This document shows, in pieces, positions 1-10,356 of a stretch of DNA of 64,000 nt; the first letter of the stretch is position 1, and each line of letters starts with the position of its first letter. Both the position numbers and the translations under genes were made by a program. This stretch comes from Candidatus Eiseniibacteriota bacterium (GTDB lineage: Bacteria > Eisenbacteria > RBG-16-71-46 > CAIMUX01 > VGJL01): contig CAWBWI010000005.1 of the NCBI GenBank assembly GCA_963792585.1, forward strand, positions 128,001-192,000, in the 5' to 3' direction. Under the pieces are notes generated by a model. That model ran no database searches and had not been told where the DNA came from. It saw only the letters and a list, made by a program, of their open reading frames with translations.

Positions 1-2765
1 AGGGCGATTCCCTCGAGCGCAAGACGCGTGCCGGCGACGATGGGGCTCTCCGTCTCGAAGTTCTGCAGGCGGTAGAACTGCCCCGGCTCGAACTTCCGCG
101 CCGCCAGCGGCGAACGAACGACGACATCGATGATCGTCGGCGTCAGGCGCTCGACCCGCTCGACGCGGCCGATCAGGCCGTCGTCGAGCCGCGCCAGTTC
201 CTCGAGATAGGAGCGCAGGCGCGCCGCCTCGCCTGTCGGGTCGGCCTGGGCGATCTCCTCGGCGAACAGGTCGACGACGCAGTGATGCCCGTCGCGCGCG
301 GAGGCCATCGCCTTCACGACGTTGCCCGCGTAGATCGGGTGGTTGTCTCCGTAATAGCTCACGAAGCGGCCGTCCTTCGCATACGAGGTGAAGAAACCGG
401 TCTCGCCGCGCGATGCGGGGCGCAGCGCCCGACTCCCGTCCTCGGAGCGCTCCACGACATGCGGCGCGAAGTAGCGCATCCGATCGTCGAGACGGAAGGT
501 GCCGGGGTGCTCGCGCTCGTAGATGACGTTTGGGCTCGTTCCCGCGGCGACACAGACGGAGCGGGCGGGCATGCGGACGCTGTCTCCGGTCGGCTTGAGC
601 TTCCCGTCCACGACTGCCATGCGGGCGAACTCGATCCCTGCGACGGCGCCGTGGCTGTCCAGGAGCGCCTCGACGGGGTTCAGTCTCTCCGCGAAACGGA
701 CCCCTTCTTCGAGCGCCTTCACCACCTCTTCGTGGTTGAGGCGATAGGCGGGCGATTCCTGCAGCGTGCGCCGGTAGGCGATCGTCACCCCACCCCACTC
801 GCGGACCAGTCCGAGGAAGTTCGGGTCCTCCCCCGCCGCGCGCGCGCGGGCGCGCTCGGCGCGGACGGCACGCCCATGCTCGAGGAACTCGTCCAGGATC
901 TCCCGCTCCTCCGCGTCGAGCCGCACACGGACCGCAGCTTCCCCCATACGCGCCGCGAGCTTCTCGAACCGATCGAGGGCTTTCTCGACCTGGATCGGGT
1001 AGTAGGCCAGGATCTCGGTCCCGGTGTCGATCGCGGTCAGTCCGCCACCGATGACGATGGCCGGAAGGCGGACCTGGAGGTTCGCGAGGCTCTCGCGCTT
1101 GAAGGCGCCGGTGAGTTGGAGGGTCATCAGGAAGTCGGAAGCCTGACGGATGCCGCGTGAAAGCCCCCCACGCATCTCGGCGATGGTCGGCTTTCCCGCG
1201 CCCGCCGCGATCGCGACATGATCGAACCCCATGGCCCAGCAATCCTCGATGGTCAACGTCCCGCCGAAACGAACGCCGCTGTAGGCGCGGAACGTCTCCC
1301 GGCGCGCGAGGGCGAGGTGGATCAACGTCAGAAAGTTCTTGTCCCAGCGAACCGTGATCCCGTACTCGGACACGCCGCCGAAGCCCGCCAGCGGGCGCTT
1401 GTCCAGTTCCTGATAGAGCGACGAGAAATCGCGGATCGGGCGGGGCGGACGCCCCGGCCCGCCGGTCAGGTCCGCGGGCGGCGGCTCGATCTTGAGCCCG
1501 TCGATGCCGACCACGCCGAATCCCTCGTTGAGCAGGTAGTGCGCCAGCGTATAGCCGGCGGGGCCCAGGCCGACGATCAGCACCCTCTTGCCGGAAAACG
1601 GGGCGGGAACGGGACGGCGAAGGTTCAGGGGATTCCAGCGCGTCAACAGCAGGTAGATCTCCGCGCCGAAGGGCAGCGAGAGGACATCCGTCAGGATTCC
1701 CGTTTCCGCCTGCGGAATGTTCACCGGCTCCTGCTTCTGATAGATGCAGGCCTTCATGCAATCGTTGCAGATCCGGTGCCCCGTGCCTGGGCACATCGGG
1801 TTGTCGATCATGATCAGCGCCAGCGCCGCGATCGACTCGCCGCGACGGCGCACCGTGTGCGCCTCCGAGATCTTCTCCTGGAGCGGACAACCGGCGAGCG
1901 GGATCCCCAGAGGGTTCTCCTTCGGCCTTCCGTCCTTCTCGCGCAGGCCGCGCGAGCACGAGTCCTTCTCGCGCGCGTGGCAGAGGATGCAATACTCGAC
2001 TTCCGCCGCGACGCCGCGGGGCTTCATGCGCCGATCCGTCAGCCGGAAGCCGTCGCGCTTGCGAAGCGTTTCCTCGGGACCCACGCACAGTTCCGGCAGC
2101 GCCGGGTCGGGATGCTCGCGGGGCACGAGTTCCTGGTAGTCCAGCGATTCCGGCGCCCCGAGCAGAACCCAGGTGCGACGCTCGGGACCGAAACGGTGCA
2201 TCCAGGCGGCACGACGCGCGAGGAGATCGAGGGCCTCGCGCTCCGCATCGTCCTTCGGCTCGGCGAGCGCGAGCAGGGCTCGAGCGAAGGCGCGTTCCGG
2301 ATCGGAAGCGTCGGCGAGGGATCGCCCACCGATGATCGAGGCGGCGCGGCGCGCATCCTCGGCCGGATCGAACGCGGCCAGCGTCTCCGCGGTCCACTTC
2401 GGATAGCTGATCCTCTGGAGAAGCCGTCTGGCTCGAACGACCGGTTCGTCCGCGGAGAGCCTCTCGACCAGGGCCGCGTATTCCCCCCCGACGCGGAAGA
2501 GGCGCGCCAGGAAGGAGGCGACGTGGGGCGCGAGAGCGATCAGGACGTCCGAGAGCTTCGGGGCGGCCAATCCTTCCCCGCGCGTCCGGAGCAGCTCGCG
2601 GTAGTTCGCGGCCAGATCGACGTCACGCTCCTCCAGATCGCGCACGAAGACAGCCAGGAGGTCCTCCAGGCGATCCCTGCGATAGAGGTCGGCGTACGTG
2701 AATCCTTCGAATCCGAGAGGGAGCTCCGTGGGAGGGGCTTCCGTTTGGGTGGGTTGATGTTCCAT
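1..2765 (-). CDS. Large FAD/Fe-S oxidoreductase: GltD/NfnB(SudA)-like region followed by a PyrK/NfnA(SudB)-like FAD domain; 3' end runs off the window
   Basis: Absent from the ORF track because it has no stop in the window. Manual minus-strand translation from ATG 2765 (MEHQPTQTEAPPTELPLGFEGFTYADLY) gives YCILCHAREKDSCSRG, GCPLQEKISEAH, CPGTGHRICNDCMKAC, the Rossmann motif VLIVGLGPAGY, IGGGLTAID, and near the edge ERLTPTIIDVVVRSPLAARKFEPGQFYRLQ. Confidence 0.85.
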   Translation of the reverse strand, partial: MEHQPTQTEAPPTELPLGFEGFTYADLYRRDRLEDLLAVFVRDLEERDVDLAANYRELLRTRGEGLAAPKLSDVLIALAPHVASFLARLFRVGGEYAALVERLSADEPVVRARRLLQRISYPKWTAETLAAFDPAEDARRAASIIGGRSLADASDPERAFARALLALAEPKDDAEREALDLLARRAAWMHRFGPERRTWVLLGAPESLDYQELVPREHPDPALPELCVGPEETLRKRDGFRLTDRRMKPRGVAAEVEYCILCHAREKDSCSRGLREKDGRPKENPLGIPLAGCPLQEKISEAHTVRRRGESIAALALIMIDNPMCPGTGHRICNDCMKACIYQKQEPVNIPQAETGILTDVLSLPFGAEIYLLLTRWNPLNLRRPVPAPFSGKRVLIVGLGPAGYTLAHYLLNEGFGVVGIDGLKIEPPPADLTGGPGRPPRPIRDFSSLYQELDKRPLAGFGGVSEYGITVRWDKNFLTLIHLALARRETFRAYSGVRFGGTLTIEDCWAMGFDHVAIAAGAGKPTIAEMRGGLSRGIRQASDFLMTLQLTGAFKRESLANLQVRLPAIVIGGGLTAIDTGTEILAYYPIQVEKALDRFEKLAARMGEAAVRVRLDAEEREILDEFLEHGRAVRAERARARAAGEDPNFLGLVREWGGVTIAYRRTLQESPAYRLNHEEVVKALEEGVRFAERLNPVEALLDSHGAVAGIEFARMAVVDGKLKPTGDSVRMPARSVCVAAGTSPNVIYEREHPGTFRLDDRMRYFAPHVVERSEDGSRALRPASRGETGFFTSYAKDGRFVSYYGDNHPIYAGNVVKAMASARDGHHCVVDLFAEEIAQADPTGEAARLRSYLEELARLDDGLIGRVERVERLTPTIIDVVVRSPLAARKFEPGQFYRLQNFETESPIVAGTRLALEGIA

Positions 2766-2894
2766 AGATCGTTCAATTTAGCACGAGCCGCACGGTGCCT
2801 TGGGACAAAGGTCCTCGCTCACCCCGTGGATGCGCTGAGGAATCCGCGGAAAGCCGGCGCTCCGCCTGCGAAGGTCCGGCTGCGACCGCAGGAT

Positions 2895-2912
2895 ACGTGA
2901 ATTCATTCACGT
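2895..2912. promoter_or_regulatory. Palindromic operator, Rex/CRP-like
   Basis: ACGTGAAT-TC-ATTCACGT is a perfect 8-bp inverted repeat. Its core GTGAA-N4-TTCAC lies in an AT-rich patch of the divergent intergenic region. Confidence 0.5.
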
Positions 2913-3083
2913 TTTGATCGAGCCGGCGAAGGGGTTCCCGGGAGGCTCATTCTGCGACATTCCGCCCGCGACACCGGACGAGGATGCTCCGGATCGGATA
3001 AGAAATCCTGAAACCGAGCCGTTGCCGACGGCGTCTCCCATCGTTTCCCTTTCGACGAATTCCCCCGTAGGCTAGGCAACCAT

Positions 3084-4355
3084 ATGAGCTGGATCGCCTC
3101 CATCTTCATCGCCGTCCTGACCGCGACCCTCGGGCTCCTTGCCGCCGGCGTCATCGCGAATGCCGCCGTCGGCTGGTACCGCATCTCCAGCTTTGAGGGA
3201 GGCTCGGGCTACTTCGTCGTGGGAATCGCGCTTCTGGGCGGTTTCGTGGGGCTGATCATCGGCATCATCGTGGCCCGTGTGGCCGGTGCGGGCGCTGGCC
3301 TTGGCTTCCTCAGGAGCCTGGGACTGTCTCTGGGAAGCGTCGCCCTCCTTGCCGGGCTGGCGGCACTTCCGACACGGTTTCTAGCTGACGTCCCCCCCGA
3401 GATCGACGGCGAGCCTCTGGATCTCCTCGTGGAGGTGCGCCTCCCCGCAGGCGATACGACGCCGCCGGCGTCGAGGATAGGGGAACCGCAGATCACCCTG
3501 GGATCGCTCGTGAACCACAAGCAGCGCAGATCGGCGACGGGAGAGGTTCGGGTCGCGGAGTCGCGTCTGGAAGACGGCCGCTGGATTGTCCCAGGCGTAG
3601 TGCCGGTGTTCACGTCCCGTGGGTTGCGGACCGTAGGGATGGAGTTGGGCGGCAAGGACGTGGCCGGTTTCCTGATCCCCCTCCCCGCACGGCCGGGCAG
3701 ACGTTTCGAGGAGTGGAGCGGCTGGCTTCCGCGGCCGCCCGCCGGAAGCCCTGCATGGCCGGACAGCAAACCTTCGTACCGATTCCGGGTGCAACGCCAG
3801 ATCCCGCCACCGCCTCCTCCCGATCCGGGCGTCGTGGAGGCCGCGGAATTCGCGGCGCTGGATCCGGATGGTCCGCTCGACGCATGGCTCCGATTCCTCC
3901 AGGCATCAGGCCCGGCGGACCGTCTGCAGGCGGTCATGGAGGTCGTCGAGAGACGGCAGCCGGATCTGGCGGATGCGATACGCTCGAACGTGGACACGAC
4001 GCGCGAAGCGGCGCTCTACGCTGTGACGATGCTCACGCTCGTCACCCCGGATGTCTCCAAGGCCGTGCTCGATGACCAGCGAGAGATCCTCGCTGAGATC
4101 CGGAAATTCAACGTCTTGACCGAGCAGGATGAGGGGTACTACGAGCTCGGCAACGAGCTTCGCACCCGCTTCAACTACTGGCATCGCGCGTGGTGGACCG
4201 TGCACCAGCGGACCGGAGTGGACGGGCGTCCCCCCGTTCAGGAAGTTCTCGATCTCGCCCGCGTCCATCCCGGGGACGGCTTCATGCAGGAGATCGAGGT
4301 CAACGGAAGGGCCCACCTCGACGGAATCGATTCGCCCGAAGGCGACACTCCCTGA
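3084..4355 (+). CDS. Hypothetical membrane protein (3 N-terminal TM helices, Pro-rich linker, helical C-terminus)
   Basis: 423-aa ORF with hydrophobic N-terminal segments; no family recognised. Confidence 0.75.
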   Translation: MSWIASIFIAVLTATLGLLAAGVIANAAVGWYRISSFEGGSGYFVVGIALLGGFVGLIIGIIVARVAGAGAGLGFLRSLGLSLGSVALLAGLAALPTRFLADVPPEIDGEPLDLLVEVRLPAGDTTPPASRIGEPQITLGSLVNHKQRRSATGEVRVAESRLEDGRWIVPGVVPVFTSRGLRTVGMELGGKDVAGFLIPLPARPGRRFEEWSGWLPRPPAGSPAWPDSKPSYRFRVQRQIPPPPPPDPGVVEAAEFAALDPDGPLDAWLRFLQASGPADRLQAVMEVVERRQPDLADAIRSNVDTTREAALYAVTMLTLVTPDVSKAVLDDQREILAEIRKFNVLTEQDEGYYELGNELRTRFNYWHRAWWTVHQRTGVDGRPPVQEVLDLARVHPGDGFMQEIEVNGRAHLDGIDSPEGDTP

Positions 4356-4365
4356 TCGCCGCACC

Positions 4366-5049
4366 GTGATCCCCCCACCGGAACGCGACCCTTCAGGAAC
4401 GGAGCCCCTGCAGCCGCCGGGGAATCGCCCGGAAACGCCCCTCCAAAGATTCGAACGGAGCATGATGATCGGCTACGAGCAGTGGCACGACGGCGTCGGC
4501 TACGATCTCGACGCCATGCGAGCGGCCACCCCCGAAGCGCGCGTTTCGATCGAAGCGCTCCTACTCGGGCGGGGCGCCCGTGATTGGCGTGACGTGGAGG
4601 CGCTCGCTCTGATCGACACGCCCCGCGCTCGAACGGCCCTCGCAGAAGCGTTCGAGCATGGGGATCACGCGTTGCGCGACGCCGTGATTCGCTTCGCGCC
4701 CGATCTCGTGTCGCCGGCGGAGCGGACATCATCCCTCGTTCGCGCACTGCGGAGCGCCGTCATCTACGAGGGACTGACACAAGCGCTCGATAGGACGGCG
4801 GAGTTCCACCATCCCGAGGTGATCGCCGAGCTGTTCCGAGGCGTCCTTCGACGGGAGGGCGAGGTGGCGGTTCACTTCGCGGCGATGCTCCTGTTCCTCC
4901 ACGGCAAGGCGGCCGAACCGTTCGATTGGGAGTTGCGCCCCTTCTTCCTCCGTTTCAACACGGAAGACCGGCGGGAACGCGAGGCCGCGTTCCGCGAGCT
5001 CTGCGGCATGATCGAGGTCGATCCCGCCCCGTTCCTGTCCGCGCGCTGA
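4366..5049 (+). CDS. Hypothetical alpha-helical (HEAT-like) protein
   Basis: Protein-like part of ORF 4129..5049; start probably GTG 4366 or the ATG near 4462. Confidence 0.65.
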   Translation: MIPPPERDPSGTEPLQPPGNRPETPLQRFERSMMIGYEQWHDGVGYDLDAMRAATPEARVSIEALLLGRGARDWRDVEALALIDTPRARTALAEAFEHGDHALRDAVIRFAPDLVSPAERTSSLVRALRSAVIYEGLTQALDRTAEFHHPEVIAELFRGVLRREGEVAVHFAAMLLFLHGKAAEPFDWELRPFFLRFNTEDRREREAAFRELCGMIEVDPAPFLSAR

Positions 5050-5219
5050 CGCGCCGATCCGCCGTCGCGGCCGTTCTCCCTCGATACCCCGCAGTCCGCC
5101 GGTGACACGGTATCGCGGAGCACCTATACTTACCCGCGGGCAACGAACGGCGGCATCCAAACTCGACCGTCAATGCAATCGCTTCCCTGAGCAAGCCGCC
5201 GTCACAATGGGGGAATCTC

Positions 5220-7280
5220 ATGGACGGTTCGGCCGACCCCGGCGGAACGCGCGCCGTCATCGGGGCGGCGGCTCTCATCACCCTTCTGCTTGTCATCCCT
5301 TCCGCTTCCGGCGCCTGGCATGAATTCAAGGAATGGCGACCGCTCGGCGAGGTGGAGTGGGGGGCGGCGGAGAATCCCGCGATCGGGATCAACCACGCGG
5401 TGATTCTCTTCGACGGCCACATCGTCGATGACAGTGATCGCGCGTGGAGATTGGCGTACTCGCGCTACCACCGCGTCCGCGTATTCGACGCCAAGGGCGC
5501 CGACGACTTCCGCACGGTTGAATTGCCATACGGGAAGCCCTGGAAGTTTTCGCGCATCATGGCGCGGACCGTCAAACCTTCGGGCGAGGTCATCGAAGTG
5601 CGCGACGAGGATATCCACGAGAAGACGCTCGTCTCGATCGGCAAGTCCAAGATCCGCGCGAAGGTGTTCGCCTTCAAGGGCGTCGAACCGGGAGACATCG
5701 TCGAGTTCATCTACACGGTGCGGGGAGACGACATCTCCCCTCCCCTGGTGCAGATCCAGAACCCCGCGTACACGATCGAGGCCCGTCTTCGCTGGTACTA
5801 CTACCCCCAGCCCTACGCGGAGGATTTCATCAACGCCACGTCCGAGCTGCTCGACATCTTGGACTACCGGTCCGTCTACGTCATTCCGAACGGCCGATCT
5901 CATGGAGGCAAAGTAACGCCATTCGGGAGGGAGTCCGCCCCGGATGGGATCGATGTCCTCTTCCAGAACCTGCCGGGCCTGCCGGACGAACCCTATAAGC
6001 CGTCGGATCGAGCCGTTGCCGTACTCTTCGCCGCGCACTACGAGTGGCCACGACAGGAAGCAAAACAGCCCTTCTGGGAGAACATCGCCGAGACCTGGGG
6101 TTCTCGGACGCGCGAGTTCATGGAGAATCAGGAGACCCTGGAGCCGTGGATGAGGGAGATCATCGCCCGCCCACGTTCCTTGGATGAGGATCTGGTGGCC
6201 TGCGTAGAACTCGCCCATCGAGAGATCCGGAATGCCGACCTCCTCGACGATGACGAGCTGCCCGAGAAGGTGCCGGATTCGATCAGTATCGACGAACTGA
6301 TCGAGCACCGCATCGGCAGGGGAGAGCAGATCGACTATCTGGTCGCGGCCATGCTCAAGAGGCTGGGCTACCAGGCCACGGTCTTCTGGGCGCGCGACCA
6401 CGAGGAGAGCCCGTTCATTCCCGAATGGAAGTCGTCGGGCCAGTTTACGATCTCCGGTGTCGCCATCCGGCGGGATGCGAATCGCATCCAGTTCTGCGTT
6501 CCCCATCTCACTGCGGTCAGCCCGATGGCCGTCCCCTGGGAGATCTGCGGATCGAAGGCGATGATGGAAGATCTCTCGGACGACCGCAGTTTCAGCGATT
6601 TCCCCCCTCTTTGCGACATACCCATGGCGATCGAGGCTGGAAATCGGACCGACTTGGAGGTCGTGTTGCGCGAGGGGGAGGGGGGAAGACTGAACGGCCG
6701 TCTGAAGGCGCGCTGGGAATGTCTCAACGAACCGCTCTTGTTCCAGTCACTCTCGAATGATCTGCGCAAGAGCAGGAAGGACGCGCTCGCGCGACTGAAG
6801 GGATGGGCGCTTCGTCCGGGCATCGAGTGGACCGCTTTCGAGGAGTCGCTCGCCGTAGGCGATGAGACTATGGCCTACAGCTGCAGTTTGCAGGTCGACG
6901 GTCTCGTGGAGGAAGCCGGCGGCATGAGCTTGGTGGACCTCGGAGCGCTTCGGATCGACGATTACTCCCTTCCCGAGGAGCCCCGGCGGACCAACCTGGA
7001 TTTCCACCATCCACGGCACTACACCAGCAACGTCGAGCTGATCCTCGCCCCCGACCAGGAAGTTTCGGACCTGGTCCCACCCGAGCATTTCACGGATCGC
7101 CTCGCCGACTTCCGTTCGGCATGCACGCAGGAGGGTGGACGAGTCCGGCTCCAGCGTGAGTTGAAGATTCACTATGGGCTTTTCCTACCGGCTGCCGCCG
7201 AGCCGTTTCGGGAATTCTTCAGGACGATCTACAAGGCCAACGAACAGCCAACCGTGATCCGTGCGGCGGGTGCCGAGTGA
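5220..7280 (+). CDS. DUF3857-containing transglutaminase-like protein, apparently non-catalytic
   Basis: Signal peptide, ARTVKPSG and FKGVEPGDIVEFIY (DUF3857-type); no GDCKD motif; GTGA overlap with the next gene. Confidence 0.75.
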   Translation: MDGSADPGGTRAVIGAAALITLLLVIPSASGAWHEFKEWRPLGEVEWGAAENPAIGINHAVILFDGHIVDDSDRAWRLAYSRYHRVRVFDAKGADDFRTVELPYGKPWKFSRIMARTVKPSGEVIEVRDEDIHEKTLVSIGKSKIRAKVFAFKGVEPGDIVEFIYTVRGDDISPPLVQIQNPAYTIEARLRWYYYPQPYAEDFINATSELLDILDYRSVYVIPNGRSHGGKVTPFGRESAPDGIDVLFQNLPGLPDEPYKPSDRAVAVLFAAHYEWPRQEAKQPFWENIAETWGSRTREFMENQETLEPWMREIIARPRSLDEDLVACVELAHREIRNADLLDDDELPEKVPDSISIDELIEHRIGRGEQIDYLVAAMLKRLGYQATVFWARDHEESPFIPEWKSSGQFTISGVAIRRDANRIQFCVPHLTAVSPMAVPWEICGSKAMMEDLSDDRSFSDFPPLCDIPMAIEAGNRTDLEVVLREGEGGRLNGRLKARWECLNEPLLFQSLSNDLRKSRKDALARLKGWALRPGIEWTAFEESLAVGDETMAYSCSLQVDGLVEEAGGMSLVDLGALRIDDYSLPEEPRRTNLDFHHPRHYTSNVELILAPDQEVSDLVPPEHFTDRLADFRSACTQEGGRVRLQRELKIHYGLFLPAAAEPFREFFRTIYKANEQPTVIRAAGAE

Positions 7281-9190
7281 GCCGCTGGGGTTGGACGTGG
7301 CTCCTGCTCGTAGCAGGCGCGGCGCATGGGGTCGAACTCCCCGAATGGGCGCGTTCGGAAGATGTCACCGTCGCCAAGGCGGCGTTTCCCGAAGGAGAGA
7401 CAATTCAGGTGCTCGACTGTCAGGAACTCGAGGTCGGCGCTTCGGGAAGTCGGGAATTCCGGATTCGCCGGATCTTTTACGTCCGTGAGGGGAAGGCGGA
7501 CACACACGACCATGTCGGCTTCGTGACGTCCTCGAATCGGAAACTCCACGAGATCCGAGCGTGGCGACGCGATGCGAACGGCCGGGTCGAGGTCTTCGAT
7601 CGACCCATATTCTCGCAAAGGCTCGGGGGGAAGCTCTATTCGGAGGACAGGGAGAACATCGTCCCGATTCCAGGCATCGGTCCGGGGGCGGTGATCGCAA
7701 TCGAGTTGGCCTTCCACGACGACTCCCCGGACTTCAGGACCGACTACACCCCCGCGCGGTCCGATGTCCCCGTCCTGAGGTGGGAGTATCGACTGAAACT
7801 CCCGGACGGCTGGAGCGCCCAGGGGGCCTGGTTCGATCCGACGACCGATACGCTCGTCACCGCCGAGCCGGCAGGCGTTGCGGGAGGGTGGATCCTCTGG
7901 ACGCGCGAACGAATTCCCACGTTCGGCAAGAAGGAACCCTACGCGCCGCGTGAGACTGCAATCTCCCCGCAATTCCTCGTTCGCTACGGCCGCCCGGGCG
8001 ATCCGTCGATGGGCACGTGGAAATCGGTCGCGGAGTGGTTCAGCGTCTATAGCGCATCAGCGCTGAAGGAAAGCGAGAGCCTGCGTCCCGCCGGAGAGAA
8101 GATCTTCGGTGGAGCAAGGGACTTCGACGCGAGAGTCTCCCTCATCGCCGACTGGGTCCGTTCATCGATCGGCTATGTGCAGATCCACCTCGAGGACGGC
8201 GGCTTCCGTCCCCATCCGGCCCCGGAGGTCTATGCCAACCGGTTCGGCGACTGCAAGGACATGGCTCATCTCGCGATTGCCCTGCTGGACCTCGCCGGGA
8301 TTCGCTCCCATCCCGTGCTCACGGAGACGGGAGATCGCAGCCACATCCGGCCCGGCTTTCCAACGCCGAGTTTCAACCACTGCATTGTCGCGATCGAGCG
8401 TCCCGGAGACGACGCGGGCTTGCTCTACTTCGATCCCACCGCAAGGTCGATTCCCCTGGGACGGCTTTCCCAGTTCCTCGAGGGAGCGCCGGCCCTGGTC
8501 GTCGGTTCGCCGTTCGATTCGGCGCTAACGCGCCTCCCCGAGAGTAGCGCTTCCCAGAATGGCCTCAGGGTCCGGGGCGTGATCGCGATCGCGCCGGGCC
8601 TGCGCGCCATCGCCTCCATCGAGGAACTCCGACTCGGGCAGCAAGCCTACGCAGCGCGCGACCTGCTGCTTGACATGAGTCCGCAGGACCGATCCCGTTG
8701 GGTCCAGGACCGGGTGGCTCGTCGTTACGTCGGAGCGCATGTCGACTCGGTCGCATTCCCCGACCTATCCCGCGTGAGCGACACGCTCACGATCCGCTAT
8801 GCGGCGAGAATCCCCGAGATCGGCCGCATGGTGGGCGACCTGGCCCTGATCCAGCCCGATTTCATCACCGCTTGGGACGCGCGGTTCTTTGCAAGCGACG
8901 AGCGACTCCGGCCGATCCAGTTCAGCTATCCATATCGGAACGAGACGCGGCTCGAAGTGCACTATCCCGAGGAGTGGACCGCCCGCGAAGTCCCCGCCGA
9001 GGCCGCTGCGGAGAGCCCTTTCGCCTACTATCGGCGACGCTATGAAGGTGAGACCGGGGTGGTACGCGTCGAGCGGATCGAGGAGGTGCGGCTCAAGAAT
9101 CTCCCGGCGAAGGACTATCGGCTCGCGAAGGAATGGGATCGGACTGCGACGGAAGCGGACCGCCAGCGGCTCGTGCTGAGCCGGCCATAG
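7277..9190 (+). CDS. DUF3857 + transglutaminase-like (cysteine protease fold) protein
   Basis: Signal peptide; catalytic triad motifs FGDCKD, FNHCI and YFDPT. Confidence 0.85.
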   Translation: MSRWGWTWLLLVAGAAHGVELPEWARSEDVTVAKAAFPEGETIQVLDCQELEVGASGSREFRIRRIFYVREGKADTHDHVGFVTSSNRKLHEIRAWRRDANGRVEVFDRPIFSQRLGGKLYSEDRENIVPIPGIGPGAVIAIELAFHDDSPDFRTDYTPARSDVPVLRWEYRLKLPDGWSAQGAWFDPTTDTLVTAEPAGVAGGWILWTRERIPTFGKKEPYAPRETAISPQFLVRYGRPGDPSMGTWKSVAEWFSVYSASALKESESLRPAGEKIFGGARDFDARVSLIADWVRSSIGYVQIHLEDGGFRPHPAPEVYANRFGDCKDMAHLAIALLDLAGIRSHPVLTETGDRSHIRPGFPTPSFNHCIVAIERPGDDAGLLYFDPTARSIPLGRLSQFLEGAPALVVGSPFDSALTRLPESSASQNGLRVRGVIAIAPGLRAIASIEELRLGQQAYAARDLLLDMSPQDRSRWVQDRVARRYVGAHVDSVAFPDLSRVSDTLTIRYAARIPEIGRMVGDLALIQPDFITAWDARFFASDERLRPIQFSYPYRNETRLEVHYPEEWTAREVPAEAAAESPFAYYRRRYEGETGVVRVERIEEVRLKNLPAKDYRLAKEWDRTATEADRQRLVLSRP

Positions 9191-9240
9191 GGGTCGTCCC
9201 GCGGAGCCGAAGTTCGCGCGGCGCCGCGACCGGACGGGTC

Positions 9241-10356
9241 CTACGCCGAGGTCTTGTGGAACCGCTTCGCCGACAGGACCAGCACGCCGACCCCCATGGC
9301 GAGCAGCGCGGCGTAGTGCGGCCAGAGCGGGGCGAGGCCAGCCCCCTTCAGGAAGATCGCCCTCACGATCTGGAGATAGTGGCGCACCGGGTTCAACAAC
9401 GTGAGCCATTGGAAGAGGATCGGCATGCTGCTGATCGGGAACATGAACCCGGAGAGGAGGATCGTCGGCATCATGATCAGGAAGTTGACCATGAAAGCCT
9501 CCTGCTGCGTGTTCGCGACCGTCGAGATCAGGAGACCCAGCCCGAGCGCCGGCAAGAGATAGAGGACGCTCGCCAAGAGCAACAACAGCAGGTTTCCCCG
9601 GAACGGGACGTGGAACCAGAGGAGCGCGACCGTCGTCACGATGATCAGCTCCAGCAGACCGGTCAGGGCGAAGGGGATCGTCTTGCCGGCGATCAGCTCC
9701 CCCGGCGACAGGGGGCTCACGCGCAACTGCTCGAGGGTGCCGATCTCCTTCTCCCGAACGACCGCCAGCGCCGTCAGCAACATGCTCGTCAACAGGATGA
9801 TCATCCCGACGACCGCCGGCACGTTGTAGTCGCGGCTCGCGAGGTCGGGATTGAACCACGCTCGCTCGCGCAGATCGACGGGGACGGTGAGGGGCGACGT
9901 GGAGGTTCGCATCCCATACGCCCGCACGATCCTCTCCGCGTAGCCCAGCGCCACCGTCGCGACGTTCGAATTCGTGCCGTCGACTAGGATCTGGATCTTC
10001 GCGCCGCCGCGCGACAGATCCCGCGCGAAGCCGGCCGGAATCTCGATTCCCACCACCGCCCGGCCATGGTCGAGCGCGTCGATGAGGTCCCCGGGTCGAT
10101 CCGACCCTCCGACGACCTTGAAGTAACCCGACGAGGTGAAGGCCTCGATCACCTCACGAGAGGCTTGGCTCCGATCGTGATCGACGACGAACGTCCGCGT
10201 GTCGCGGACATCGGTAGAGACGGCATATCCGAAGACCATGAGCTGGACCACGGGCGCGATGAAGATCAATCCGCGGAGCCGCACGTCCCGAAACGCCTGC
10301 AGGAGTTCCTTGCGGACGATCTGACGGATACGCTCGATCCGGTCCCGCGGGATCAT
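9241..10356 (-). CDS. ABC-2 type transporter permease (YbhR-like)
   Basis: IVRKELLQAFRD, VVREKEIGTLEQLRVSP, LLSGFMFPISSMP; ATG 10356 overlaps the upstream stop. Confidence 0.9.
   Translation of the reverse strand: MIPRDRIERIRQIVRKELLQAFRDVRLRGLIFIAPVVQLMVFGYAVSTDVRDTRTFVVDHDRSQASREVIEAFTSSGYFKVVGGSDRPGDLIDALDHGRAVVGIEIPAGFARDLSRGGAKIQILVDGTNSNVATVALGYAERIVRAYGMRTSTSPLTVPVDLRERAWFNPDLASRDYNVPAVVGMIILLTSMLLTALAVVREKEIGTLEQLRVSPLSPGELIAGKTIPFALTGLLELIIVTTVALLWFHVPFRGNLLLLLLASVLYLLPALGLGLLISTVANTQQEAFMVNFLIMMPTILLSGFMFPISSMPILFQWLTLLNPVRHYLQIVRAIFLKGAGLAPLWPHYAALLAMGVGVLVLSAKRFHKTSA

Noticed and set aside
282..2900. Long plus-strand ORFs (292 aa and 560 aa)
   Set aside because: Antisense shadows of the minus-strand oxidoreductase. 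The same applies to most long Arg/Pro-rich overlapping ORFs, such as 17715..20327 and 26057..28102.
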